NCBI GenBank assembly: GCA_963758525.1
Contig: CAVWVQ010000003.1
Span: forward strand, 2,848,001 to 2,912,000
Direction of reading: 5' to 3'
Length of the DNA stretch: 64,000 nt
From: an uncultured Phycisphaerales bacterium
GTDB taxonomy: Bacteria; Planctomycetota; Phycisphaerae; Tepidisphaerales; Tepidisphaeraceae
Positions 12,417 to 22,215 of this stretch are shown piece by piece. Under the pieces are notes generated by a model that was given only the letters and a program-made list of their open reading frames with translations, did not search any database and was not told the origin of the DNA. A program made the translations under genes and the position numbers. Numbering within the stretch: the stretch's first letter is position 1; the number at the start of each line of letters is the position of its first letter.

Positions 12417-13049
12417 ATGACGGCAATTTCTGAGCGGAACGCACCCCCGACCTTCGCCCCCGGCGAACTAGCCGCGAAAGTGATGCGCCAATGCCGGGAA
12501 GTTATCGCGACAAAAGAGGAGTTTTTTGCGCAGAACGCCGAGAAGATCTCGCAATGTGCGACTGCGATGTCTGATGCATTTGCGAAGGGGGGCCGGCTTC
12601 TGGTCTTCGGAAATGGAGGCAGTTCCTGCGATGCCTTGCACATGGTTGTCGAGTGCATGCATCCGATCATTCAAAAACGCCCCGCGCTCCCGGCGATCGC
12701 GTTGAACAGTGACATGGCGACCCTTACAGCGATTGGGAACGATCAGGATTTTTCCCTGGCCTACGTGCAGCAGCTTCAAGTGCTCGCCCGGCCAGGCGAC
12801 ATGGCGATGGGATTTTCCACCAGCGGGAAGTCCGCCAACGTCAACCGCGCTCTGCGGGCGGCGCGCGAAATGGGACTGCTTACCGTCGGATGCAGCGGCC
12901 GGGACGGCGGACGAATGCCCGAGTTCTCCGATTATTCTTTTGTGGTGCGCAGTTTCAGTATTCCCAGAATCCAGGAAACGCAGGAAACTTTGCTCCATAT
13001 CCTGTGGGACCTTGTCCATGTGGTCCGTGGTGAGGAAGATGTGTTGTAA
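12417..13049 (+). CDS. gmhA: SIS-domain protein, phosphoheptose isomerase (GmhA)-like
   Basis: GNGGSSCDA, TAIGND, STSGKSAN, RIQE. Confidence 0.8.
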   Translation: MTAISERNAPPTFAPGELAAKVMRQCREVIATKEEFFAQNAEKISQCATAMSDAFAKGGRLLVFGNGGSSCDALHMVVECMHPIIQKRPALPAIALNSDMATLTAIGNDQDFSLAYVQQLQVLARPGDMAMGFSTSGKSANVNRALRAAREMGLLTVGCSGRDGGRMPEFSDYSFVVRSFSIPRIQETQETLLHILWDLVHVVRGEEDVL

Positions 13050-13066
13050 CCGGTAGGAAGTTTTGC

Positions 13067-14155
13067 ATGTCCACTGTTGCCGAAACGCTCGATCTCGCAA
13101 TGTTCGGCTCCTGCCCGCTCCCCAAATATGAATACGACCGCATCCTCCTGGGCCACGGCAGCGGCGGAGGACTGACGGCGGACCTCATTCAACGCCTCTT
13201 CCTTCCCGGTTTTTCCAACGCCACACTCAACGCGCTCGAAGACCAGGCGACGCTCACTCTTGAGAGAGATGCGACCGGCACTTCGCCGCGGATCGCGTTC
13301 ACCACCGACTCTTTCGTGGTCCGTCCCCTTTTCTTTCCCGGCGGGGATATCGGGAAGCTGGCCGTGCACGGCACGGTGAACGATCTTGCGGTCGGCGGCG
13401 CCAAGCCGCTGTTTCTCTCGGCCGCGTTCATTCTTGAAGAAGGGTTGCCGCTGGAGGATTTGCAGCGCATTGTCGCGTCGATGCGCCAGGCCTGCGACGA
13501 AGCAGGTGTCGCATTGGTCACCGGCGACACGAAAGTCGTCGATCGCGGCAAGGGAGATCAGGTCTTCATCACCACCTCCGGCATCGGGATCGTGCCGCAG
13601 GGGCGATCGCTCTCCATCCGCACCGCGCGGCCCGGGGATGTCATCATCGTCTCGGGAACGCTGGGCGATCACGGCATCGCGATCATGTCGCTGCGCGAAG
13701 GAATCGAATTTGAAACCGTGTTGGAGAGCGACACCGCCCCGCTCACCGATCTGGTGCGGGTGATGCTCGACGCTTGCCCCTCCATTCGCTGCATGCGCGA
13801 TCCGACCCGCGGCGGACTCTCCAGCGCGCTCAATGAACTGGCTGCCGCGTCGAATGTCGGCGTCGAATTGAACGAATCTGCGATTCCGCTCAAGGCGGAA
13901 GTGCGCGGCGCCTGCGAGATGCTCGGGCTGGACCCGTTGTACGTGGCCAATGAAGGGAAGTTGATCGCGGTGGTGCCCCCGGACCATGCGCCGCGCGTGC
14001 TTGACGCGATGCGCGCTCATCCGCTGGGCTGCAATGCGGCTGTCGTGGGGCATGTGGTGGAAGACCACAAAGGAATGGTCATTCTGAAATCGCTGGTGGG
14101 CGGCGCGCGCGTCGTCACCATGCTGGCTGGAGAACAGTTGCCCAGAATCTGTTGA
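13067..14155 (+). CDS. hypE: Hydrogenase maturation protein HypE
   Basis: HGSGG, TTDSFVV, GDTKVV, RDPTRGG, C-terminal LPRIC. Confidence 0.95.
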   Translation: MSTVAETLDLAMFGSCPLPKYEYDRILLGHGSGGGLTADLIQRLFLPGFSNATLNALEDQATLTLERDATGTSPRIAFTTDSFVVRPLFFPGGDIGKLAVHGTVNDLAVGGAKPLFLSAAFILEEGLPLEDLQRIVASMRQACDEAGVALVTGDTKVVDRGKGDQVFITTSGIGIVPQGRSLSIRTARPGDVIIVSGTLGDHGIAIMSLREGIEFETVLESDTAPLTDLVRVMLDACPSIRCMRDPTRGGLSSALNELAAASNVGVELNESAIPLKAEVRGACEMLGLDPLYVANEGKLIAVVPPDHAPRVLDAMRAHPLGCNAAVVGHVVEDHKGMVILKSLVGGARVVTMLAGEQLPRIC

Positions 14156-14214
14156 CCCAACACCCGGCCCCGCCCGCTCGACGCGCAAAGGCGGAGCAGA
14201 TCGGAGAAGTTCCC

Positions 14215-15294
14215 ATGGCAGAGCAAACCATCCCGTACGGCCGCAAGACGCAGAAGCCGTCGCCGGTCAAGGAAGTGCATGTGCTCTGGATTACTGCGGG
14301 CCTTGGTTGCGACGGCGATTCCGTCTCCATCACCGCGGCGACGCAGCCAAGCATTGAGGATGTGATCCTGGGAGCGATCCCCGGCCTTCCCAAGGTCCAC
14401 GTTCACAACCCCGTCCTTGCCTACGAGAACGGCGACGAATTCATGAGCTACTGGTACCAGGCGGATGAAGACCGCCTTGGAGCGCCGTTCGTGCTCGTCG
14501 TCGAAGGCTCGATTCCCAACGAAAAGATCAAGAGCGAGGGGTATTGGGCCGCGCTGGGAACCGACAAAAAGACCGGCCAGCCGATTACCACCTGCGAGTG
14601 GATCGACCGTCTGGCGCCCAAGGCGCTGGCGGTTGTCGCGATCGGAACCTGCGCAACCTACGGCGGAATTCACGCGATGCAGGGCAACCCCACCGGCGCA
14701 ATGGGCCTGGCCGATTATCTGGGCTGGGACTGGAAATCCAAGGCAGGGCTTCCCATCGTTAACGTTCCCGGTTGCCCGGTTCAGCCGGATAACTTCATGG
14801 AGACGCTGCTGTATCTGCTCTTCCAGGTATCCGGACTGGCGCCGATGATTCCGCTCGATTCGGAACTGCGGCCGACCTGGCTGTTTGGTAAGACGGTGCA
14901 CGAAGGGTGCGATCGCGCCGGCTACTACGAGCAGGGCGATTTTGCCAACGAATATGGGTCGCCCAAGTGCATCGTCAAGCTCGGTTGCTGGGGGCCGGTG
15001 GTCAACTGCAATGTGCCCAAGCGCGGATGGATGGCCGGCATCGGCGGCTGCCCCAACGTCGGCGGGATCTGCATCGGCTGCACCATGCCGGGCTTCCCTG
15101 ACAAATTCATGCCCTTCATGGACGAACCGCCCGGCGGAAAGCTCTCGAGTTCAACCATCAGCGTTTACGGCGCGATGATTCGCAAACTCCGCGGCATCAC
15201 TAACCACACCGTCAACAAAGAACCGAAGTGGCGGCACACCCGTCCCGAACTGACCACCGGTTATCACCCCACCTCCTACGGAAACAATCATTGA
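14215..15294 (+). CDS. hhyS: Group 1h [NiFe]-hydrogenase small subunit, no Tat signal
   Basis: WITAGLGCDGDS, GTCATYGG, PGCP, HEGCDR, GGICIGCTMPGFPD. Confidence 0.92.
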   Translation: MAEQTIPYGRKTQKPSPVKEVHVLWITAGLGCDGDSVSITAATQPSIEDVILGAIPGLPKVHVHNPVLAYENGDEFMSYWYQADEDRLGAPFVLVVEGSIPNEKIKSEGYWAALGTDKKTGQPITTCEWIDRLAPKALAVVAIGTCATYGGIHAMQGNPTGAMGLADYLGWDWKSKAGLPIVNVPGCPVQPDNFMETLLYLLFQVSGLAPMIPLDSELRPTWLFGKTVHEGCDRAGYYEQGDFANEYGSPKCIVKLGCWGPVVNCNVPKRGWMAGIGGCPNVGGICIGCTMPGFPDKFMPFMDEPPGGKLSSSTISVYGAMIRKLRGITNHTVNKEPKWRHTRPELTTGYHPTSYGNNH

Positions 15295-15307
15295 AAGGAC
15301 CCACGCC

Positions 15308-17110
15308 ATGACAACGATGACTGAACCTGTCAAAGCTTCGCCCCCCGCAACGGGGAAACTGGTCGAGATGTCGTGGGATCCGATCACCCGGATCGTCGGA
15401 AGCCTCGGCATCTATACGAAGATCGACTTTGACAAGAAAACCGTCGCCGAGTGCTACAGCACCTCGTCGATCTTCCGCGGCTACAGCATTTTCATGAAAG
15501 GGAAAGATCCCCGCGATGCCCACTTCATCACCAGCAGAATTTGCGGCATTTGCGGCGACAACCACGCCGTCTGCGCCAACTACGCGCAGAATATGGCGTT
15601 CGGCGTGAAGCCCCCCGCGATTGCCGAGTGGATCGTCAATCTCGGGGAAGCCGCCGAGTACATGTTCGACCACAACATCTTCCAGGACAATCTTGTCGGA
15701 GTCGACTTCTGCGAGCAGATGGTCAAGGAGACCAACCCTTCCGTCTTCGCCCGGGCGGAGCAGACCCTTGCCGCCGGGTCCAACCTCCATGGTTTCCGCA
15801 CCATCGCGGACATCATGCGGGCGCTGAACCCCTTCACCGGCGTGTTCTATCGCGAGGCGCTGGCGATGAGCCGGATGACGCGCGAGATGTTCTGCCTGAT
15901 GGAAGGACGTCACGTCCATCCCTCGACGCTCTATCCCGGCGGCGTGGGAACCGTGCCGACGATCCAGCTCTTCACCGACTACCTCGTACGGCTCATGAAG
16001 TACGTGGAGTTCATGAAGAAAGTCGTTCCGCTGCACGACGACCTGTTCGACTTCTTCTACGAGGCGCTGCCCGGCTACGAAGAAGTCGGCCGGCGCCGCA
16101 TTCTGCTCGGTTGCTGGGGATCGTTCCAGGATCCCAATTACTGCGACTACAAGTATGAGAACATGACCGCGTGGGGCCGTAAGATGTTTGTCACGCCCGG
16201 CGTGGTCGTGGACGGCAAGCTGGTGACCACTGATCTGGTCGACATCAATCTGAACATCCGCATTCTCCTGGGAAGCAGCTACTACGAAAGCTGGGAAGAG
16301 CAGGAGATGTTCGTGACCAAGGACCCGCTGGGCAATCCGGTGGATCGCAATCATCCCTGGAATCAGACCACCATCCCCAAGCCCCAAAAGCGCAATTTCA
16401 AGGGCAACTACACCTGGGTCATGTCTCCGCGCTGGCTGGACAAGCGCACCGGCGATCACCTCGCGCTCGACACCGGCGGCGGGCCGATCGCCCGCCTCTG
16501 GTCCACGGCGCTGGCCGGTCTGGTCGATTTCGGCTACGTCAAGTCCACCGGGCAGAGCGTCAAGATGTATCTGCCAAAGACGACGATGCTGCCGGAAGTT
16601 GAATTCGAGTGGAAGATACCCAAGTGGAGCAACGCGATCGAGCGCGATCGCGCTCGCACGTACTTCCAGGTCTATGCCGCCTGCTCGGCGCTCTATTTTG
16701 TCGAGCAGGCGCTCAAGGAGCTGCACGCCGGCCGAACCAAGACGTGGACTGAGTTCAAGGTGCCCGATGAAGCGATCGGCTGCGGTTTCCACGAGGCGGT
16801 CCGCGGCGTCCTCTCGCATCACGTGGTGATCCGTGAGGGCAAGATCGCCAATTATCATCCGTATCCCCCGACCCCGTGGAACGCCAACCCGCGCGACATT
16901 TACGGCACGCCCGGGCCTTACGAAGACGCTGTGCAGAACACGCCGATCTTCGAGGAAAACGGTCCGGACAAGTTCAAAGGGATCGACATCATGCGGGCCG
17001 TTCGCAGCTTCGATCCGTGTCTTCCCTGCGGCGTCCATATGTACGTCGGCAAGGGAAAGACGCTGGAAGTGCGGCACGCGCCCATGTTCGGCATGCAGCA
17101 GCATGGGTGA
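15308..17110 (+). CDS. hhyL: Group 1h [NiFe]-hydrogenase large subunit
   Basis: MSWDPITRIVGSLG; L1 motif TSRICGICGDNH; L2 motif SFDPCLPCGVH followed by a C-terminal extension. Confidence 0.93.
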   Translation: MTTMTEPVKASPPATGKLVEMSWDPITRIVGSLGIYTKIDFDKKTVAECYSTSSIFRGYSIFMKGKDPRDAHFITSRICGICGDNHAVCANYAQNMAFGVKPPAIAEWIVNLGEAAEYMFDHNIFQDNLVGVDFCEQMVKETNPSVFARAEQTLAAGSNLHGFRTIADIMRALNPFTGVFYREALAMSRMTREMFCLMEGRHVHPSTLYPGGVGTVPTIQLFTDYLVRLMKYVEFMKKVVPLHDDLFDFFYEALPGYEEVGRRRILLGCWGSFQDPNYCDYKYENMTAWGRKMFVTPGVVVDGKLVTTDLVDINLNIRILLGSSYYESWEEQEMFVTKDPLGNPVDRNHPWNQTTIPKPQKRNFKGNYTWVMSPRWLDKRTGDHLALDTGGGPIARLWSTALAGLVDFGYVKSTGQSVKMYLPKTTMLPEVEFEWKIPKWSNAIERDRARTYFQVYAACSALYFVEQALKELHAGRTKTWTEFKVPDEAIGCGFHEAVRGVLSHHVVIREGKIANYHPYPPTPWNANPRDIYGTPGPYEDAVQNTPIFEENGPDKFKGIDIMRAVRSFDPCLPCGVHMYVGKGKTLEVRHAPMFGMQQHG

Positions 17111-17143
17111 CGTGCCATGCATTGGGATCAGGCGTATCTGCAT

Positions 17144-17260
17144 TCCCCTCTCCCGGTACGCCGGGAGAGGGTCGGGGTGAGGGTGATTTCGAAGTCGAGT
17201 GCACGTGGTGCTCGAAGTCACCCTCATCCTAACCTTCGCCCGGGGTACCGGGAGAAGGGA
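17144..17260. repeat. Bipartite palindromic repeat, intergenic copy
   Basis: cccctctcccggtacgccgggagagggtcggggtgagggtga...tcaccctcatcctaaccttcgcccggggtaccgggagaaggg. Confidence 0.85.
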
Positions 17261-17335
17261 CCAGAAGCGGTCGCCGCCGGATGCGATTCCTTGCGACCCG
17301 CTGTGCGACGAGTCGTCATTACGCCAAGGTGAATT

Positions 17336-17914
17336 GTGCCCGATGAATCAGAAGGCGAGCTGCGCGGAAGAATGCAGAGGTTGGAGTCCCTTCTCACGGA
17401 AGTCGATGATGGCGCTGACCCCGCCACCAAAGCGAAGGTCCGCGAGATCGTTCAATCGCTGATGGACTATCACGGGGCGGCGATCGAGAAAATGGTGAGC
17501 GCGATGGCCAATGACGGGAATGGCGGCCGCGCCATGCTCGACAAGCTCGCCAACGACGAGTTGGTGGGCAGCGCGCTGTTGCTCTACGGGCTCCACCCGC
17601 TCGATATCGAGACGCGGGTGCAGACCGCCCTGGAAAAATCGCGGCCCTATCTGCGTTCGCACGGCGGCAACGTCGAGCTGCTGTCGATTGAGGACGGGAT
17701 CGTCAGGCTGCGGATGGAGGGAAGCTGCAAGGGCTGCCCTTCGTCGGCCATGACCATGAAATCAACGATCGAGAAGGCCATTTACGACGCGGCGCCGGAT
17801 GTATCCGCCATTGAGGTCGAAGGTGCGGTCGCAGCCGCGACTTCCAGCGACGAGAAAGCATTTGCACAACCCCCCGACCGGTCGCGTTTTGCTTTACCGG
17901 TTTTCAAAGGATGA
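17336..17914 (+). CDS. hhyE: NifU/NfuA-like Fe-S protein of group 1h clusters (HhyE-like)
   Basis: LLLYGLHP, RPYLRSHGGNVEL, GSCKGCPSS. Confidence 0.8.
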   Translation: MPDESEGELRGRMQRLESLLTEVDDGADPATKAKVREIVQSLMDYHGAAIEKMVSAMANDGNGGRAMLDKLANDELVGSALLLYGLHPLDIETRVQTALEKSRPYLRSHGGNVELLSIEDGIVRLRMEGSCKGCPSSAMTMKSTIEKAIYDAAPDVSAIEVEGAVAAATSSDEKAFAQPPDRSRFALPVFKG

Positions 17915-18642
17915 GCGAATCCCCAAATATGGTGGCACTGCCCCAACAGCCCGGCCAAAAGCCGTTCGACGTGTTGCGACGATTTGCGCGGCGGCGCAAC
18001 GCCGAAGAACGATGCGAATTGTGCGGGGCGGACATCGCCCGCGAGCACGAGCATCTGGTCGAAGTGGCCAATCGCAAGCTGCTCTGTGCGTGCGGCGCGT
18101 GCGCCATTCTCTTCAGCGGCCAGCAGAGCCCGCGATATCGCCGAGTCCCGCGAACGGTGCGATGGCTCCAACGTTTTGAGATGACCGACGCGCAATGGGA
18201 AAGCCTCAGCGTGCCGATCAACCTGGCCTTTTTCTTTCAGAGCACCCCGGCGGCGCGCGTCTGCGCGTTCTATCCGAGCCCGGCAGGGCCGACCGAATCT
18301 CTGCTGCCGCTCGAATCGTGGCACGAACTGGTCGCGATCAATCCCGTGCTGAAAACGATGGAGCCGGATGTCGAGGCGCTATTGGTCAACCGCGTGGGGG
18401 ACGATCACAACTACTACCTGGTTCCAATCGACAAATGTTATGAGCTTGTCGGGCTGATTCGATTAAAGTGGGCGGGGCTGTCAGGAGGCACTGAAGTCTG
18501 GCGCGAGATCACGCGGTTTTTCGCGGAGCTGCGCGAGATCCAATCCGAACCCAAGCCCGCCCGCGGCCCAACCCTCCCCCGGAGCACCGGGCGAGGAAGA
18601 ACGAAACCTTCCTGCAGTGTCGCGCCCCAATGGCTGATCTGA
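17911..18642 (+). CDS. hhaA: Conserved group 1h accessory protein (DUF5947/HhaA-like); its C-terminus includes a repeat copy at about 18567-18600
   Basis: ERCELCG, CACGAC, YPSPAGPTES, PIDKCYELVG, GLSGG. Confidence 0.75.
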   Translation: MSESPNMVALPQQPGQKPFDVLRRFARRRNAEERCELCGADIAREHEHLVEVANRKLLCACGACAILFSGQQSPRYRRVPRTVRWLQRFEMTDAQWESLSVPINLAFFFQSTPAARVCAFYPSPAGPTESLLPLESWHELVAINPVLKTMEPDVEALLVNRVGDDHNYYLVPIDKCYELVGLIRLKWAGLSGGTEVWREITRFFAELREIQSEPKPARGPTLPRSTGRGRTKPSCSVAPQWLI

Positions 18643-19280
18643 ATTTCCACGTCGAGTTTGCCGAAGCGATGCCCTTCGCTGCCGCCCCGCAGTTGATCTT
18701 CAAACTCCGGGTGACCGACGCGGAGAATACGGCTCCGATTCACGCCATCGCATTGCGCTGTCAGATTCGCATCGAGCCCGCCAAACGCCGCTACTCTCCT
18801 GGCGAGCAGGGCATGCTTCCTGACTTGTTCGGCCCGCCGAGCCGCTGGGGTCAGACGCTGCGGCCGATGCTCTGGACCCACGCCGCCGTGGTCGTCCCGC
18901 CCTTTTCCGGCAGCACGCTGGTGGATCTTCCCGTGCCCTGCAGTTACGACCTGACCCTTGGCGCTACCAAGTATTTCTACGCGCTGGAGGAGGGGGAAGT
19001 GCCGTTGGTTCTGCTCTTCAGCGGAACGATTTTCTACGGAACGCAGGACGGCGGCATGCAGGTGGGACAGATTTCCTGGGAGAAAGAGGCCGCGTACCGC
19101 CTGCCGATCGATGTCTGGACAAAGATGATGGACCTCTATTATCCCAACGTCGCCTGGCTCTGCCTGCGGAAAGACGTGTTTAACCGGCTGTCACAATACA
19201 AGTCGCAACGCGCGATCCCGACATGGGAGCAGGCCGTGGAAGAATTGCTCTGCCAGGCAGACGAAGGGGTGGTGCCATGA
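18630..19280 (+). CDS. hhaB: Conserved group 1h accessory protein (DUF6084/HhaB-like)
   Basis: LRCQIRIEPAKRRY, DLFG..RWG, PCSYD, LLFSGTIFY. Confidence 0.75.
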   Translation: MADLNFHVEFAEAMPFAAAPQLIFKLRVTDAENTAPIHAIALRCQIRIEPAKRRYSPGEQGMLPDLFGPPSRWGQTLRPMLWTHAAVVVPPFSGSTLVDLPVPCSYDLTLGATKYFYALEEGEVPLVLLFSGTIFYGTQDGGMQVGQISWEKEAAYRLPIDVWTKMMDLYYPNVAWLCLRKDVFNRLSQYKSQRAIPTWEQAVEELLCQADEGVVP

Positions 19281-20485
19281 ATCGAGAGTTGCTTGAGAAG
19301 ATCGTCAATGCCGTCTTGTATGAAGGGTACATTCTCTACCCGTATCGTCCGTCGGTGAAAAATCACCAGCGATGGACTTTCGGTGGCCTCTATCCGGAAA
19401 GCTGCGATCTGGTCCGGCAGGGAGCCGAGTCGTGCGTGATGCAGACGCAATGTCTGGTCGAGGGTCCCGCGGCAACCTTGCTGCGGGCGAGCGTGCGTTT
19501 TTTGCACCTGACGACGCGAGTGGTCGGCGAACTGCCAGAGCCGGTGGACGAATTGCCCGCCAGCGGAGTTTCCGCCCTTTCCCCCTCTCCTGGTACTCCG
19601 GGAGAGGGCTGGGGTGAGGGTGATTTCGAACGTCGAAAGGCTTTCGACGCGGAGAATCACCCTCAAGATGCCCCTCTCCCGCAGTACCAGGAGAGGGAAC
19701 GGCAAAGCATGCACCTGGGCTACCGCCCGGTCGATTCTCTTCGCGTGGGCGGCAAGATCTATCAGACATGGCAGGAGGCAAGCGAGCGCGAAGTTGCAGT
19801 CGAATCCTTCACGCTCGGCCGGCTGACGCAGAGCACCATGACTCATCCCTTTGCGTTTTCCCCCAGCGAGGAAATCGAACCGTTGCGCAGGGAGGACGGG
19901 AGAATTGTTGCCGTGCTGGTGCGCCGCCAGGAAGCGCTCGGCGGAGTTGCTGAGTTGTCGGCCGCGAAGAAGGCGGATGATCTCTTCCAGATTAGTGTGC
20001 GCGTGATCAATCTATCGCCGATGCCGGGTCCGCAGAGCATGCCGCGCGACGCCGCCCAGTTGTATTCGCTGGCCTCCACGCACACGATCCTGAGCGTCGA
20101 AGGCGGCGCGTTTGCCTCGTCAATCGATCCGCCTCCCGGTTGTCTGCCTTTTGCCGGCGAGCTGCGCAACATCGGCTCCTGGCCGGTGCTCGTCGGCGTC
20201 GAGCCGGATCGCGATACCGTGCTTGCGTCCCCGATTATCCTCTATGACTATCCGCAGATTGCGCCGGAGAGTCCGGGCAATCTGTACGATTCCACCGAGA
20301 TCGACGAAATCCTGAGCTTGCGGATCATGACGCTTACCGACGATGAAAAACTCGCCGTTGCCGGGTCGGATGAGGGCGCGGCACGGATTCTCCAGCGCAC
20401 CGATGCGCTGGGACAGGACCAGATGGCGTCGCTCCACGGAACCTTGCGTGGGCTTCGGACAGTTGCCGGCGGAGACAAATCATGA
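19277..20485 (+). CDS. hhaC: Conserved group 1h accessory protein (HhaC-like) with an in-frame repeat insertion
   Basis: AVLYEGYILYPYR, RWTFGG, SPIILYDYPQIAPESPG..DSTEIDEIL. Confidence 0.75.
   Translation: MNRELLEKIVNAVLYEGYILYPYRPSVKNHQRWTFGGLYPESCDLVRQGAESCVMQTQCLVEGPAATLLRASVRFLHLTTRVVGELPEPVDELPASGVSALSPSPGTPGEGWGEGDFERRKAFDAENHPQDAPLPQYQERERQSMHLGYRPVDSLRVGGKIYQTWQEASEREVAVESFTLGRLTQSTMTHPFAFSPSEEIEPLRREDGRIVAVLVRRQEALGGVAELSAAKKADDLFQISVRVINLSPMPGPQSMPRDAAQLYSLASTHTILSVEGGAFASSIDPPPGCLPFAGELRNIGSWPVLVGVEPDRDTVLASPIILYDYPQIAPESPGNLYDSTEIDEILSLRIMTLTDDEKLAVAGSDEGAARILQRTDALGQDQMASLHGTLRGLRTVAGGDKS
19580..19697. repeat. Bipartite palindromic repeat inside the hhaC-like gene
   Basis: ccccctctcctggtactccgggagagggctggggtgagggtga...tcaccctc...cccctctcccgcagtaccaggagaggg. 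Confidence 0.85.
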
Positions 20486-20807
20486 ACGACTGGGATCCGA
20501 TGGCCGAAAAACGTGAGCTTGAGAGCGCGCTCTCGGCCGGCATCGAATTGAAGCGCGGCGACCGCGTTGTCCTGCGCCGCGCGGCAACGCGGATATCTTC
20601 GATCTGGCCCTGGCCGGGAAGATCGCCACAATCGCTTCCATCGAACAGGATTTCGAGAACAAGATTCATCTTGCGGTTACAATCGACGATGATCCGGGCC
20701 GGGATTTTGGACACACCGGGCAGCCGGGGCATCGTTTCTTTTTTGGGGTGGATGAAGTCGAGCTGGCGCCGGATCGGCGCGACGCATCTTCTGAACAGGT
20801 GTCCTAA
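20482..20807 (+). CDS. Small conserved hydrogenase-cluster protein, one frameshift near 20578
   Basis: GDRVVLR, then in a shifted frame ADIFDLALAGKIATIASIEQDFE...DDDPGRD...HRFFF, ending TAA at 20807. Confidence 0.65.
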
Positions 20808-20841
20808 TGGCCGCAATTTAGGCCGCTGAAGGAGTCTTATC

Positions 20842-21075
20842 ATGAATGAAAACCTTGATCCGCAGGCTGCAGAGGCGAGAGATGTGCTGTGCGTCGCGGG
20901 GGGAATGGCATTGCTGCTGATGGGCGTTGGGCTGGTGATGACACACCCGCAGGTCCGAAAAACGGTGCTCGATGGCGTGTCGCGATTTGTCCCCGATCTG
21001 GCCGGATCGCTCAAGAACGGCCTCGCGGGAATCCTGCCCGACGTGGAGCGTTATCTTAAAGTGCGCTCGATGTAA
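20842..21075 (+). CDS. Small single-TM protein ending LPDVERYLKVRSM (DUF6893-like tail)
   Basis: AGGAG RBS; hydrophobic stretch; C-terminal motif shared with 22200-22358. Confidence 0.7.
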   Translation: MNENLDPQAAEARDVLCVAGGMALLLMGVGLVMTHPQVRKTVLDGVSRFVPDLAGSLKNGLAGILPDVERYLKVRSM

Positions 21076-21104
21076 TCCCCGGTTCCGCGAAAGGAAGCGA
21101 CCAG

Positions 21105-21667
21105 GTGACTCGATACGCTTTTGACTCCTCTCGCAGCCGTTTTACTGTTCAGGCATTTGCCAGCGGGATGCTCTGGGCGTTCGCCCACAATCCGACGATT
21201 GCAATCAAGGACTTCACCGGCAATCTCAATTTTTCCCCTGCGCCGGGGACAAGCCAGCGCTCGACCTGGTGGTCAATGCCCATTCGCTCGAGTCGGTCGA
21301 TCCGATTCGATTGAAGGACAAGCAGGAGATTCAGGACACCATGATGGAGATGCTCGATGTGGCCACCTATCCGATGGTGCGCTACAAGGCCACCGATGCC
21401 ACCGTCACCCAGCTCTCCGACAGTTGGTTCCGCGTGCAGTTCAAGGGGCATTTGTCGCTGCGCGGCGTCACCAAGGCCGAGGAGGTGGACGCACAGCTCA
21501 CCCTGCTTGAAGGTGAGGTCCGTCTCAGCGGTTCGTTTCAGATACTCCAATCGCATTATAAAATTCATCGTCCGTCCGCGGCCGCCGGGCTGCTGATCAC
21601 CAAGGACGAGCTGAAGTTTACATTCGACGTCCATGGAACCATCGCTCCCGAGGGAGGCGCCGCGTGA
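21105..21667 (+). CDS. YceI-like lipid/polyisoprenoid-binding protein, one frameshift, no signal peptide
   Basis: SRFTVQAF..G...HNP; MLDVATYPMVRY; GHLSLRGVTK; KDELKFTFDV. Confidence 0.75.
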
Positions 21668-22215
21668 GCGCGCCGCGGATCCTCATCGCCTGCATCGGGA
21701 ATATCTTTTTGGGAGACGATGCATTCGGCGTCGAGGTGGCCCGTCTGCTGGCGCAGGTTCCCTGGCCCGACAGCATCCACGTCGAGGACTTTGGCATTCG
21801 CGGCGTCGATTTGGCCTACGCGTTGCTTAATAATTACGATGTTGCAATTTTCGTGGACGCAAGCCAGCAGGGCCACGCGCCGGGAACGCTTTTTGTTCTT
21901 GAGCCGGATCTGGCTCCAGTTCTTGCAGACGCCGCCGCGATGGAGACGTCCATTGATGCACATAGCATGGACCCGGCCAAGGTGCTTCGGACCGCGGCGT
22001 CCATGGGCGGAAAGATCCCGCGGGTTTTTGTGGTGGGCTGCGAACCTTCCCCGCTGCCGGGCGACGACGAGGTCGCGTTGGAACTGAGCCCCCCAGTGAG
22101 AGCGGCAGTGCCGCTCGCGGTCCCGATGATCCGCGATCTGGTCCATCGGATCCTCTCCAAAAGCCTGCTTTCGAACGAGGCACAACAGGAGATATCGTCA
22201 TGCTCACCGATATGA
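21664..22215 (+). CDS. Hydrogenase maturation endopeptidase (HupD/HybD family)
   Basis: GNIFLGDDAFG, DFGIRG, VDA, DAHSMDP, VGCEP. Confidence 0.9.
   Translation: MSAPRILIACIGNIFLGDDAFGVEVARLLAQVPWPDSIHVEDFGIRGVDLAYALLNNYDVAIFVDASQQGHAPGTLFVLEPDLAPVLADAAAMETSIDAHSMDPAKVLRTAASMGGKIPRVFVVGCEPSPLPGDDEVALELSPPVRAAVPLAVPMIRDLVHRILSKSLLSNEAQQEISSCSPI

Noticed and set aside
12417..13049. gmhA-like gene as evidence of an LPS heptose locus or a novel insertion
   Set aside because: A SIS/GmhA-like gene is a known regular member of group 1h hydrogenase clusters
15212..17227. 671-aa minus-strand ORF, and similar long antisense ORFs elsewhere
   Set aside because: Shadow of hhyL caused by high-GC codon bias; no recognisable motifs
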